A stretch of DNA of 64,000 bases. Origin: Anthoceros angustus. Lineage: Eukaryota > Plantae > Anthocerotophyta. The position numbers and the translations under genes were made by a program. Location: assembly GCA_010909165.1 (NCBI GenBank), contig VJWM01000025.1, positions 930,001-994,000 of the forward strand. The letters run 5' to 3'. Positions 33,791-46,640 of this stretch are shown one piece after another; the first letter of the stretch is position 1, and each line of letters opens with the position of its first letter. The notes under the pieces were generated by a model that searched no databases, had not been told where the DNA came from, and was given only the letters and a program-made list of their open reading frames with translations.

Positions 33791-36684
33791 ATGGCGTTCG
33801 AAGTCACGCAGATCCTCCTCAACGCGCAGTCGGCTGATGGCACCGTCCGCCGGCTGGCAGAGGAGAGTCTCAAGCAGTTCCAGGAGCAGAACCATGCGGC
33901 TTGGCTGGTCTCACTGGCCTCGGAACTGGCCAACGCCGAGAAGCCCGTGGACAGCCGGAGACTCGCGGGCCTGATCCTCAAGAACTCTCTGGATGCCAAG
34001 GACGCCGCACGCAAGGCAGAGCACGTTCAGCAATGGGTGGCCCTGGATCCGGCTGCCAAGCTCACGGTCAAGGATTGTCTTGTGCGCACGCTATCTGCTG
34101 TGGCGGAGGAGGCGCGGCATACGGCAGCGCAGGTGATTGCAAAAATCGCCACCATCGAGCTTCCGCGTGGAGAATGGCCCGAGTTGGTGAGCTTGCTGCT
34201 CAGCAACATGGGGAGCCCGCAGGCCGAGCAGCCGCCGCATCTGAAGCAGGCCACTCTGGAAACCCTAGGCTATGTGTGCGAGGAAATCTCGGCGGACGTG
34301 CTTGCGCAGGAGCAGGTGAACTCGATCTTGACTGCCGTGGTGCAGGGCATGGTTTCGACGGAGAAGAGCAGTGACGTGCGGCTGGCAGCTACCAAGGCGT
34401 TATTGAATGCTCTCGAGTTTGCCCAGACTAATTTCGAGAACTCGCTGGAGAGGAACTATATCATGCGTGTTGTGTGTGAGGCTGCCACCTTGTCTCCTGA
34501 TGTTAGGGTGAGGCATGCTGCCTTTGAGTGTTTGGTCTCTATATCGGCCATCTACTATGACAAGCTGTCGCAGTACATTCAAGATATCTTCAACATCACC
34601 TCCAAGGCTGTTCGGGAGGATGATGAGTTGGTAGCCTTGCAAGCCATTGAGTTTTGGAGCTCTATCTGCGACGAGGAAATTGAGATACAGGAGGAGGTCG
34701 CCAGGAGTTGCTCGGCTGATTCGGAAGTGGCCTTTTTCCACTTCATCAAACAGGCGTTGCCGGCGCTAGTGCCTTTGCTGCTGGAGACTCTGCTCAAGCA
34801 AGACGAGGACCAAAATCAAGACGATGGAGCGTGGAACTTGTCCATGGCTGGGGGCACCTGTTTGGGGCTTGTGGCTAGGACAGTGGGAGATGATATTGTG
34901 CCCCTTGTGATGCCTTTTGTTGAGGAGAATGTGTCCAAGCCCGATTGGAGATGCAGGGAAGCTGCAACTTATGCATTTGGATCCATTCTAGAGGGTCCTT
35001 CTTTGGACAAGCTGACATTGCTGGTGAATGCGGCCTTGGAGTTCATGTTGAACGCCATGAAGGACGAGAATAATCATGTGAAGGACACCACTGCCTGGAC
35101 TCTTGGTAGGATATTTGAGTTTGTTCACTCACCGACACTTCATACACCTGTTATCACACAAACAAACCTCGCTACCATCCTGAATGTGCTTCTAGAGAGT
35201 ATTAAGGACACCGCAAACGTTGCTGAGAAGGTTTGTGGGGCTATCTACTTTCTGGCACAAGGATATGAGGAGGCTGGTGGTGCGTCGTCTCCACTTTCTC
35301 CGTTTTTTCAGGGTATTGTGCATTCACTCCTTGCCACCACAGACAGGGAGGATGCTGGTGATTCACGGCTGCGGGCATCCGCATACGAAACACTTAATGA
35401 GGTTGTGCGCTGCTCAACAGAAGATACAGCGCCTGTTGTGTTGCAGCTTGTGCCTATCATAATGCAGAAGCTGAATTATACACTGGAGATGCAAATCTTG
35501 TCTCCAGATGATAGGGAGAGGCAGAACGAGCTTCAGGCTCTTCTGTGTGGTGTCCTGCAGGTCATTATACAGAAGCTCGGGGCTTTTGAGTCCACAAAGT
35601 ATGGAATCATCCAGCATGCGGACCAGCTCATGAACCTTTTCCTGAGGGTTTTTGCCTGCAGGAGTGCTACTGTCCACGAAGAAGCCATGCTGGCAATTGG
35701 GGCTTTAGCGTATGCAACTGTTGTTGAGTTTGGGAAGTATATGTCAGAGTTTTACCGATACTTGGAAATGGGGCTTCAGAATTTCGAAGAATATCAGGTA
35801 TTTTTGATCTGCCTTCTTGTCCCGTTTCTTGTTTATCGATTGTGTGATGTATGAGATCTGTTACTGGTTTTCAGCACTGGTAGTTGTTTTGCCTAGTGCC
35901 TGACAACTTGTGGAACAGAATGGAGGGCAGACGTTCTGAACGGACGAGTCTTTTCAGGTTTGTGCTGTGACAGTGGGCGTTGTGGGAGATATCTGCCGGG
36001 CGCTTGATGATAAGATCTTGCCTTACTGCGATGGCATAATGACACAGCTTCTGAAAGATCTTTCAAGCAGCCAGCTGCACAGGAGTGTGAAGCCACCGAT
36101 TTTTTCATGCTTTGGCGACATAGCTCTTGCCATTGGAGAGCATTTCGACAAATACCTACCGTATGCCATGCCTATGCTTCAGGGTGCAGCTGAGTTGTCG
36201 GCCCAGCCAGCCATTAGAGATGATGAAATGCTCGAATACAACAACCAGTTGCGGAGCGGTATATTGGAGGCCTACTCGGGCATCTTTCAAGGGTTCAAGA
36301 ACTCAAAGTCTGAGCTTATGCTTCAGTACTCAGCTCACATCTTGCAGTTCATTGAAAACGTCTATCAGGACAAGGACAGGTACTGAACTTGAATGTGCCA
36401 TGTGCTTTTGCATGTTCCTGCTGGCAGCAGTAGTTTTTCTTGGAATTTAACGGCACTGAAGTGTGTCCCCTTTTGGCAAACACAGGGATGACGTTGTCAC
36501 GAAGGCAGCAATTGGGGTGTTGGGAGACATGGCTGACACGCTTGGTCAGCAGGCTGGTACTTTGTTGCAGCGGTCAGTGTTTTACAAGGACTTCCTCGAT
36601 GAGTGCACTTCATCTGATGACCAGCAACTGAAGGAAACCGCAGAATGGGCACAGGCCACTATCAATCGCATTCTTAACCCTTGA
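33791..36684 (+). CDS. KPNB1: Importin subunit beta-1; 3 exons (33791-35797, 35958-36379, 36486-36684)
   Basis: MAFEVTQILLNAQSADGTVRRLAEESLKQF, HEAT repeats, DWRCREAATYAFGSILEG, canonical GT-AG junctions. Confidence 0.97.
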
Positions 36685-37778
36685 AGCTCTTCATCCATAT
36701 TTTTTCTTGTATTGAAGTGTTGTCTATTCTGATATATAATTTTGTAACAATGCTATGTTGCAAACATGGAGGCTCTCTTGCGTTTTATTTATGCCTTTAG
36801 ATGCCTCCTAGAGAAGCCAGGATGATAGAACAAGTTTTGAACTGTGCACGCATGAGTGCCGATAGACGATGATTAGAGTCCGAAGTCCTTTTTGTTCAGT
36901 CTACGTCGATAGGGAAAAAGTGGTTCCTTGAGGTTCTTTTTGGGTAAACGAGATCAAGCCTGACTCTTGTGTTGCTAAGACCATCCAACTGGTCAAATGT
37001 CATCCACGAGGGAGGGTCAAGTAGCTTCGTAAGTAAACTTTCGTTCGGAAGTGTTACCTATATTCTGTCAGTGCATGATAAGCCCATGGCACGGCAGACC
37101 TGGTCGACGAGTAGGACATTATCTGCTCGTTCGCTCACCAGAGGGCATTGTTGCATCTGAAACGCTTTGTCAAAATTGCACTTGGTACACCTGTTTGTGT
37201 TTCAAGAGTATCTGATAATCAATATTCTCAATTATTAATAAAGAGGCTGTGTTTATGTACCTGCCTATTTTCATCAACATATAACTCGGACGTAGGTAAT
37301 CTCCGAATAACAAAATATTTGGAATAGTTGCCTGTATCTCAGATTCCTGGCCATGAGCAGCCCGAGTCCCCTCGGATTGGATTTGTCTGTAAGAGACAGA
37401 TGTTGATGATGATGTCGTGGAAGGTGAAATCAGCAGTTGAAAGACGACTTGCAAGAAATCTCCATCAACAGCAACTTGGTGAATGATTTTCGATGGGGTC
37501 GCAGCTCAGTGATGCGGAATTTGAAGGAGGCGTAGCCAAGTGTGGAGAATGGGAATGCCCAGCCCAGAAGCTGGCAGGTGGGGGCACCTGGACCTGGGCT
37601 TGGAGTTGGAGTTTGACAGGGACGGGTATGGACGGACCCATGAGGGATGCATGGCACAGGGGAGCTGGGTCCTGGGCACACGCTTCTTAACTCCCCGTCT
37701 TGCGACTCATGGCTGCCTGGCATCCTTGTTTCACTCACAGGGCCACCCTTGCTCCAAACTTAGGGGAAGTCCCAGGAG

Positions 37779-40058
37779 GTGATGTGGATGCACAAGTTGT
37801 ACAAGCCAGCTTGGCAGCTGGCTGCTCTGGATACCCAGCAGATGGGTCGTGGCGGCCCTGCAGCCCATTGGAGCGTGCCATGCAGGCCTGCAGGACTTGG
37901 AAGGGAAAGGAACGCCAGTGTCACGGCTGACACCGTGAGCACTCTATGTGAGCAAGGGCAGCTCACTCAGGCCGTGGAGGCCCTGGGAATTCTGGTGCAG
38001 ACTTTGTCTCATATTTCTCAAGCTCTCTTCTACAATGTGCTGAAGAACTGTGTTGTTCACAAGGATCTTGTTCTGGCCCGCCGTGTGCATGCTTTCACTG
38101 TGAGGCAGCCTGGGTGTGTGTCGGGTACGTTCTTGTGCAATCACATCCTGCGGATGTATGCTGCTCATGGCAAGTTGCCAGAAGCAATGCAAGTGTTCAC
38201 GGCTGTGGTCGAACCAGATGCGTTCTCTTGGTCTGCCATAATCTCTGCGCATGTGCAACACGGACATGATGAGCAGGCCATACGGCTGTATAATCGGATG
38301 CGCATGTCAAGAGCGAAGCCAGACAACCATGTGTTTTTGGCTGCACTTCAAGCTTGTGCGAAGAAAGCGGACTTGAAGACTGGGCAGCAGGTGCATGCTG
38401 ATGTGTTGGCCACTGGGGTCGAGCCTGATTCGTTTGTGTGTAATTGCTTGGTGGACATGTACGCCAAGTGTGGCAGCTTGGAAGATGCTCGAAAAGTGTT
38501 CGACGGGCTTGGGAAAAGAGATGTGGTGACTTGGACTGCTCTGATTGCAGGATATTCCCAGCAGGGCATGGGTCAGGATGCCCTTCGTCTCTACAGTGCT
38601 ATGCAGGAAGAAGGCACGGCTGTACCCGATTATGTGACGTTTCTGGCTCTTCTGCAGGCATGTGCAAGTGTGGGTGCCCCGGCTTTGGAGAAAGGCAAAG
38701 AGCTGCACGCACAGATAGGAAGCCGAGGACTTAAGGTTGACGTTGTTTTAGGTTGCAGCCTGTTAAACATGTATGCAAAGTGTGGCAGCTTAGAGGACGC
38801 TCAGGCTGTGTTCAACAGCCTGGGTCACAAAGACGTGGCTATATGGACAGCTCTGATGGCAGGATATGCAGATCGGGGCATGGGTCAAGAAGCCCTTCGG
38901 CTTCACAGTGACATGCAAGAAGAGGGCATGGCTGCACCCACTTCTGCGATGTTTGTGTGCCTCCTACAGGCATGTGCAAGTGTGGGTAGCCTTGTTTTGG
39001 AAAAGGGAAAGCAGCTTCATTCACAGATAAGAGAACAAGGACTTCTGCCGGATGTGGTTGTGGGATGCAGCTTGGTGAACATGTATGCCAAGTGTGGCAG
39101 CTTGGAAGATGCTCAACGAGTCTTCGATGTGCTTGGTCAAAAGGATGTGGTGACGTGGACAGCTCTGATAGCAGGGTACTCCCAGCAGGGCATGGGTCAG
39201 GAAGCCCTTCGTCTCTATGGGGCTATGCAGAACGAAGGCATGGTTGCACCCGATTCTGTCACATTTGTGTGCCTCCTGCACGCATGTGCAAATGTCGCAG
39301 CTTTGCATCTTGGAAGGCAGATACATGCGCAGATTGTAGAACAAGGGCTTCACGCCGATATAACTGTAGGCAATAGTCTTGTAAATATGTATGCTAAGTC
39401 TGGGAGCATGGTTGACGCACAGTGTGTGTTTGAGGAGTTGCCTGAAAGAGACGACGTAGCCTGGAATGCACTGATTGCAGGCTACACTCGACAAGGAGAC
39501 AGTGAAGTGGTCTTCGATTTGCTTCAGAGAATGAGAGAAGATGGCATACACCCAGCCGGCGTCACATTCCTTAATCTGCTGGCAGTATGCAGTCATACCG
39601 GTCTGGTGAACAAGGGCCGAGAGTACTTTGAGGCTATGAGCAGACAGTATGGCATCGCTCCCACTGCCGACCACTACACATGCATGGTGGATCTCCTGGG
39701 TCGTGCTGGACACCTCGATGAGGCACTAGCTTTAGTAAGGAAGATGCCTGTACTGCCTGATGCTGCAGTTTGGCGCACTCTTTTGGGTGCTTGTCAAAAG
39801 TGGAGCAACGTGGAGGTTGGACGCCATGCTTTCGATGAAGTAATGAAGCTTGATAGAACAGACGCTGCGGCATATGTGTTGATGTCAAATATATACATCG
39901 GTGAGCGGATGTTGGAGCAGGCAAAGGAGGTGCAGGCGAGGAGGACAGGAATTGGGGCATGGAAGCAGCCAGGCCAGAGCTGGTGGACAGATGTGGATGG
40001 ACTGGTGCACAGTTTTCTGGTGGGGGATGCACAGCATGTCGTGGGTGGAGCCAGATAA
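37779..40058 (+). CDS. PLS-PPR-E+ protein, WW type with truncated DYW domain
   Basis: 759 aa ORF of PLS repeats and E1/E2, ending WKQPGQSWWTDVDGLVHSFLVGDAQH...*. No HxE or CxxC motif in frame. Confidence 0.92.
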   Translation: MMWMHKLYKPAWQLAALDTQQMGRGGPAAHWSVPCRPAGLGRERNASVTADTVSTLCEQGQLTQAVEALGILVQTLSHISQALFYNVLKNCVVHKDLVLARRVHAFTVRQPGCVSGTFLCNHILRMYAAHGKLPEAMQVFTAVVEPDAFSWSAIISAHVQHGHDEQAIRLYNRMRMSRAKPDNHVFLAALQACAKKADLKTGQQVHADVLATGVEPDSFVCNCLVDMYAKCGSLEDARKVFDGLGKRDVVTWTALIAGYSQQGMGQDALRLYSAMQEEGTAVPDYVTFLALLQACASVGAPALEKGKELHAQIGSRGLKVDVVLGCSLLNMYAKCGSLEDAQAVFNSLGHKDVAIWTALMAGYADRGMGQEALRLHSDMQEEGMAAPTSAMFVCLLQACASVGSLVLEKGKQLHSQIREQGLLPDVVVGCSLVNMYAKCGSLEDAQRVFDVLGQKDVVTWTALIAGYSQQGMGQEALRLYGAMQNEGMVAPDSVTFVCLLHACANVAALHLGRQIHAQIVEQGLHADITVGNSLVNMYAKSGSMVDAQCVFEELPERDDVAWNALIAGYTRQGDSEVVFDLLQRMREDGIHPAGVTFLNLLAVCSHTGLVNKGREYFEAMSRQYGIAPTADHYTCMVDLLGRAGHLDEALALVRKMPVLPDAAVWRTLLGACQKWSNVEVGRHAFDEVMKLDRTDAAAYVLMSNIYIGERMLEQAKEVQARRTGIGAWKQPGQSWWTDVDGLVHSFLVGDAQHVVGGAR

Positions 40059-41077
40059 TGCAAGGCTGGAACAGTTTCCGATCATTATGATGGCCTGTTT
40101 ATGTGGGCATCAGTCTCGTCAGCGCCCTGCTAGCCTTGGACAACAGAAACGTCGTCACCTTGTTGCACAAATGGTTGTCTTCTAAACCAGGTTAGACAAC
40201 AAACAACGTGCCTTCCCTCCTTGGATGAACTCAGTAAGATGTTCCCTGTTCCCAAGCCACGGTGATAGCGTTCCAGTCACAGTCCATCGGCTTTCTCATA
40301 CATGGAGGAGATTGTAGAGGAGGTACCGTGATGTCCGAAGTGAAAGTGGACTGTTTCTATAGTTACGTCGAAAGAAAAGTGGACTGTTTCCATTAGGCTG
40401 CGCTATGTTTATCCATGAACAGTTTGACAGAGAATTTCTAGTTGGTGTCGGTTTGTCAAGTCCAACCCTTCTACTCACCAGGGGACTTGTGTTGCTTTGG
40501 GCTTAAATATTAAAACCTATCTGTCTTTGTTTCTTAATCAAATTATTATATTTCTCAAAACCTTACAGCTTCTTTGACACTTCTCCACAGTTTTTGATGT
40601 TATATAAGCTTTATATTCTTACTTCCATGTGCCAAGTTAAACCATAAACAACAAGAAAAGCTTTCTAAAATATTGGGTTCAATGTTTCAAATATTATTGA
40701 GAAAATTAGTAAAAAAAGGAGCAAGTATCTATTGATTGAGTTACAAAAAATTCGTAAACTTGTAGCTCCTATATTCTAATTTCTAATATTCTTAGAGATA
40801 AACATAAAATATTATACATACACTTGTATTTCTAAACTAGATTAAAAGTTTCGCTCTTGAATTGCAACCGACCTCAGTGCGGCAAAACAAATGAGACTGA
40901 GAACATTCTCTTCGCTTAGGTATGAATCTTGAACATAAGATTTGTCGCAATATCATATTTGATACATGTATGTTTGTATCCATATTGGGCTCACAACACA
41001 TTTTGTAGAAGTTGTAGTACATGTAGTGAAGTTTGCACTGGAAAAACAAGGGCAACTCTATACACTCTCATATTATT

Positions 41078-41206
41078 TTTTAAGTTTTTTTTTTTGCGCT
41101 CTTAGATTGTTCCTCTATAGATATATGTTATATATGTTGCTTTTAAGTTTTTTTTTTTGCGCTCTTAGATTGTTCCTCTATAGATATATGTTATATATGT
41201 TGCTTT
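41078..41206 (+). repeat. 63-bp tandem duplication
   Basis: TAAGT11GCGCTCTTAGATTGTTCC... at 41081 and 41144. Confidence 0.92.
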
Positions 41207-41314
41207 CTCTTTATGACCTTATCTCAGAAGAGATTGGTGCTCACACCATGGGGCATAGCTCCATAGGGTACTCAAGTTTTTCAAGTTCAAGTTCATTTAA
41301 TAACGTCTCACGCT

Positions 41315-41442
41315 GAAGAACTCACACGAGGGAGTTAGATGCACTTTTGGAATGAGAAGAATATGCACATAAGTTGGGAAGAACTCACACAAGGGAGTTA
41401 GATTCACTTTTGGAATGAGAAGAATATGCACATAAGTTGGGA
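41315..41442 (+). repeat. Second, unrelated 63-bp tandem duplication
   Basis: GAAGAACTCACAC...CATAAGTTGG at 41315 and 41378. Confidence 0.92.
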
Positions 41443-41657
41443 ATTTTGAAAAACTCGAGACTCAAAACTTAAAAGGCTTAAATAATGAATACTAAAAGCT
41501 CAAAACTATGGTCTTCACCATAGCGCTCATTGGGAACAGGTTCTGGAACTGGTCTTTGATGTCTTGGATTTGTGTGCACTACAATAGGAAATGCCGCTCA
41601 TGATCTATTGGTTGCATTTGGCATTTGGTGTAAATCTTCCATTCTTCCATTCTAGGA

Positions 41658-41809
41658 TTCTTCTTCTTCTTCTTCTTCTTCTTCTTCTTCTTGCTAGTTC
41701 AAGAGCCCAACTTACCCAACTTGTTGATTGTCAATTCTGCTAGTTCAGGAGCCCAACTTACCCAAATTGTTGATTGTCAATTCTGCTAGTTCAGGAGTCC
41801 AACTTACCC
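41658..41809 (+). repeat. (TTC)n microsatellite followed by a 46-bp tandem repeat (~2.5 copies)
   Basis: TTC run at ~41658-41692; GCTAGTTCA(A/G)GAGCCCAACTTACCC units at 41693, 41739 and 41785. Confidence 0.9.
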
Positions 41810-43274
41810 GGTGTGGTTGAGCTCCACGCCATGTCCACACACAATCCATTGGTGACAACTAGTTTGTTGATTTAATTCCTTTGGCAATGCTATGAACAAC
41901 GTGTACCAATATCAAACCCGACGTTCAGCTCCACATACCAACTCATTATCGTTTGAATTAAATATTATACTTATATAAATTTATTAATTATATCCATAAA
42001 ACAGCCGAGGACTACTTTTATGATGAATGCAGCGGAGAGTGCGAGACATATGTCACCCAGCTTTTTGTCCCGGAAGGGGCTAAAACAGGCATACGATATA
42101 GATATTTTATTGGATACAGAATAGAATCTAAAGCTTGGGAAAGATAGAGTTTGAAAAAGCGGGGGTTCAGCACTGGTATCTGATATGAGACGACACGCGT
42201 GGAACTGGGAATACGGTAATGGAAGTTGGGAGCGGTTGAGATCGTACCTGCAGAGGAAAGAGGGGGGTCGGGGACTCGGGGTGTGGCAATGGGACCCCAC
42301 CACCCCCGTCATCCGCCGCCCGTCCCGGGGCCTCCTCCACTTCCCCGGCCACGGCAAAAACAGTTTTTTCTTTTTCCAAGGCTTTTCCAAAGCGGGCTGC
42401 ATTATGGAGGTGCGGGCTGTGGGCCAGAGGCCCGCCTTTACCAGGCTTCTTTCCCCTTCCACGGCAGATGCCGCGCTCGAGGCATGAGGTCTTGCGGACA
42501 AGTACCTGCGACAGCACAAGGGTTTTTAGAACCTGGCCTCTACGTCGTCCACATTGTGGACCAAGGGGACACCAATTTTTATGCGGTTTTGAAGCAATGA
42601 GCGTGCGTTGTCGTGGGAGCGCACCGACATGCTGCTCTGTTTACTGTGCCCATTTCCTCCTGCTTTTTGCGCACCGTGTGCCCGCAGTCAGGCTTTTTCG
42701 CTCACCACAAGGCGCGGGGCTCGGAGGCCTCGGGGCTCGGCGTCGTCGTCTCCCTACACCTTGACCGGGCCCAGGGGCCCAGGCCCCAGGGGCCCAGGCC
42801 GGACAAGGCGTAAACGGTAAACGGCTTGAGGCTCCATCTGCAGCTTGCCGCCACAGATCCTCGGGCCGCGGGCCAATGGAACGCCGATGCCGACTTCTAC
42901 TTGCGTTTGATTGTTTCTACGCCTCTAAGTTTAGCTGCGCGCGCGGAATGGCAACATTTCACCTCGTCCGGATCTGTTCAAATCACACAATGTGTTTACC
43001 GAGCTGCCTGGCCGGTATAAAGTTGCCTCCTGCTATGCTGTGCTTCCATGCATCTTGTTTGAGGAATCCTGCTCTGATAAAGAGCTCTGCAGTCTGCGCC
43101 TGCTCAGTGCATTTTTGCTTTCCGTTGGATCTGGTCAGATTGCTGCAGAGAGGAGTGTTACAGTGCAGTGTGCATTACAGGTTGCTGGAGACGTGTCAAG
43201 AAGCTGTGAGAACTTGAGGTTCCTGAACTTCCCGGCATTTGCCTGCTTTACTGCGGCGTCTTTGATCGGCAGCA

Positions 43275-44531
43275 ATGCAGCTTCTTCTGGTGCTGGTTGC
43301 CGCAACAATCTGTGGATTTGTGGCGTTAGGAGAGGGAGTGAGTGTTAGTCTTCCCGTGGGATTTAGATCGGGCTGGAAGCCTGCTACGGCAACCTGGTAT
43401 GGAGCGCCGGACGGGGCTGGCACTGACGGTAGGTGGATCATGCTCGTCTGTTTCCGCATGCATGAATGACTCGCGCACGTTTGTGGCGGAGCGATGTCCA
43501 TATTTTACAATCTCGAGAGTGGAGCTTCAGCTGAGGAGTGTCTGGTGTTTCGCTTGTGTAGGCGGAGCCTGCGGCTATGGTAACCTTGTCGGGACGCCTT
43601 ACGGGAAGAGAGTGTCTGCGGGGAGCCCGGTCTTGTTCAAGGGAGGCCTCGGATGCGGCGCCTGCTATAAGGCGAGTGAGCTTGGAAGAACTAATTCTGA
43701 AGAATGAATGTGATGCTGTGGAGATCCTGTGCGGCAATGTTTTCGGAAGTGTGACAAATTTGCATTTGCTGATCGTCTGCCTTGCACATTGTGATGTTGC
43801 AGGTGAAGTGCATGATTCCCAAGCTTTGCGCAAGGAAGGCCGTCAGGGTGGTAATCACCGATGAGTGCCCCGGAGGATACTGCAGTGGCTTGAATACTCA
43901 CTTCGACCTCAGCGGGACAGCCTTTTCTGGCATGGCTAATCCTGGATTGGGCTCCTCGCTGCTGAACTTGGGGCTTCTTCCCATGCTATACAAGAGGTGC
44001 GGATCCCGAAGGCCCGAATGTGTATCAACCGCTCCGCAGCTCATTGCTTTTTCTTTGCTTTTCCCAATTTCCACGCCTACGATGATGCTCATCTGTGGAA
44101 CACATGCAGAGTGCCCTGCGTCTATCGAAGGCCAATGAAGATCGAAGTTGCCGCTGGCTCCTCCCCGTTCTGGTTTTCAGTTTTGATTAAGTTCGTTCGA
44201 GGCTCGGGCGAGCTGAAATCCGTGGAGCTCCAACAGGTACTAGCGCGCTTGAATGTTACCGTAAGATGCTCTGTTTTGACTTTGTGAACGCCGTATGATC
44301 TAACTCTACCGTATGCCTATGTTGATTATGATGTAGGGGGGGACAAATTACTGGTACTCCATGCAGCACATCTGGGGAGCGAACTGGAGTGTTAACGTGG
44401 GTTCAGGTCTGAAGGGCCCGTTCACTCTTCGTCTGACATGTTTGCTGACCGGCCAGCAAATCGTCATCCGGAACGTGATTCCTGGCAATTGGGCTCCTTC
44501 TACCTCTTACCTGGCTAGCGTCAACTTTTAA
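43275..44531 (+). CDS. EXPB: Beta-expansin, 5 exons
   Basis: Signal peptide; [15 protein letters not shown]|GGACGYG; GLGCGACYK; ITDECPGG; HFDLSGTAF; C-terminal WGANW...GPFTLRL...WAPSTSY. Confidence 0.93.
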
Positions 44532-45289
44532 GGTTGAGGAGGAACATGTGCCGCTTATGCCTCTTCTATAGAAGATAGAACGTACCGTAAGGTGGAGCCG
44601 GTGTTGCAGGTTCAGTCGAGGTGCGTAGTATTAGAGTTCGGTTGCCTGGTACCCCAATCCATAAGTGTCCGGATTGTGAGGTTAGAAGGCAAGCCTGCTA
44701 CCCGACGATGTACTAGCAACTCAAGTGCTTTTTGACTAGGTCCGACTTCTCTATGACGCATGTTAGCGTATCCCAATCTGCAAATGAGCAGATTGCGAGT
44801 CCCTTATAGAATGCCTTTTCGAGTATATTTGCTTATAAAAATATTCTAATGTTCTTCTCTATACCTGTTAATCGTAGAAAACGACAGAAGCTTTTGTATC
44901 GGTATTTATATTCCGTTTCTACATTCTCTGTATCCGTAGGAGTAGGAGCTTTTGCAGGAACGCAGCCTGCGCAGGCACAGTAGAATCTGTACTGTCCTAT
45001 GCTTCCCGTTGTTGAAGGTTACAGAGACCTACCAGACGTCCGTTCTTACTTCAACACGTTTGGCTCGTGAGTTACATGATCCAGTTCATCAGAATATCAC
45101 CAGAATAGAAAAGCCCGGAAATTATGATTCTGCTCAGTTAATCAAGTTTGAAGCAAATTTTCACATCAGTCGACGTTGTTTCAAAGGCGTTTTACTGCTG
45201 TTGTTCGTTCCGACCGATTTATCATCAGCGTAGATGCAGATCCCTTTCACATGGTCTTGAAAAAGACCCCTATTTCAGTCTCAGGATCG

Positions 45290-46640
45290 ATGCTTCTTAT
45301 CCCAGACCAGAGAACTATGCACCAGTCCCCCACTACGTCTGTCCATCCACCAGCTCTGGCCTGGCAGCTAGTAGGCCCTGATGTTTCCTCTCCTCCCCTG
45401 TACCTCCTGTGCATGCTCCCACATCTGGGCACTGGTATATATGTTGGACATCAACACACATGCTGCGGCATCTTTCTTGTCCAGCTTCACTACGTCATTG
45501 AAAGCATGGCGTCCTACATCCACGTTGCCCCACTTTCGACAAGCACCCACAAGAGTGCGCCAAAGTGCAACATCAGGCTGTACAGGCATCGTCCTTACAA
45601 AAGCCAGTGCCTCATCGACTTGTCCAGCACGACCCAAGAGATCCACCTTGCATGTGCAGCGGTCGGTGGGAGTCATGCCGTATTGTCTGCTCATATACTC
45701 AAAGTACTCTCGGCCCTTGGTGACCAGACCCGTATGACTGCATACTGCAAGTAGATTTAAGAACGTGATGCCATCTGGCTGTATGCCATCCTTTCTCATT
45801 CTGGCAAACAAGGAAAATACCTCTTCACTGTCTCCCTGGCGGGTGTATCCTGCAATTAGTGCACTCCATGTCACAACGTCTCTTTCAGGCGATGCTTCAA
45901 ACACTTGCTGAGCATCACCCTTGCTACCACACTTCCCGTACATGTTTATCAATCCTCCTGCCAGAAACAAATGTTGTGAAGCCTCTGTTCTTTAATTTGT
46001 GCATGAAGCTGCCTTCCCACTGCACATGCCTGAAGGAGGCACACGAAAGTCACAGAATTGGGTGCAACAGTCCCTTCAACTTGCATAGCCCTGTAAAGCC
46101 GAAGAGCGTCGTGGGCCCTGCCCTGCTGGTAATATCCTGCTCTCACATGGCATTCCATGTCACCACGTCCTTGTGACCAAGTCCATCGAACACTCTTTGA
46201 GCGTCTCCCAACCTGCCACACTTTGCATACATGTCCACCAAGCCATTCTTGACAAACAAATAAAGCTCAGCGCCACTGGCCAACACATCAGCATGCACCT
46301 CCTGCCCAGATTCTAAAACAGATAGTCCGTGTGCACCAGAAGGCCCAGAGCCTCAACGGCCTCCCTGGGCTTTCCCTGCTGACATAGTGTGCTCACTGTT
46401 TCAGGCGTTACCACACTTCGTATCCTGCAGATCTGCGAGGGTGCCCATCATCGACCCCGCTGCAGATGGATGCAGGAGCACGACGACCCATGTACATTTC
46501 CCGCGCAGCTGCACAGGTGCTGTACCTCGCGGCTTCCTTGTCTGACAACTGCTGACTCCCTGAAGTCAGGTGCGTAGGAGCTCTTCCTTGGATACTTGTG
46601 AACCCACCCAGTTGGCCCAATTGCGACAGTCCAGACAACC
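45290..46640 (-). pseudogene. WW-type PPR pseudogene, internally deleted paralogue of 37779-40058
   Basis: TVSTLC...EAVEALGLLV start is shared with the 37779 gene. The reading frame is broken into 45949-46221 and 45368-45970, with a TAG at 45368-45370 just before PGQSWWTD and a further frameshift after it. Confidence 0.85.

Noticed and set aside
33562-34374. N-terminal extension of importin-beta from 33677 and overlapping ORFs
   Set aside because: 33677 is TTG; the conserved N-terminus begins at ATG 33791; the others are GC-rich shadow ORFs.
42100-43270. Several overlapping 100-180 aa ORFs and GGGCCCAGG repeats upstream of the expansin
   Set aside because: No domain similarity and ORFs in many frames of GC-rich sequence; best read as promoter, 5' UTR or intron.
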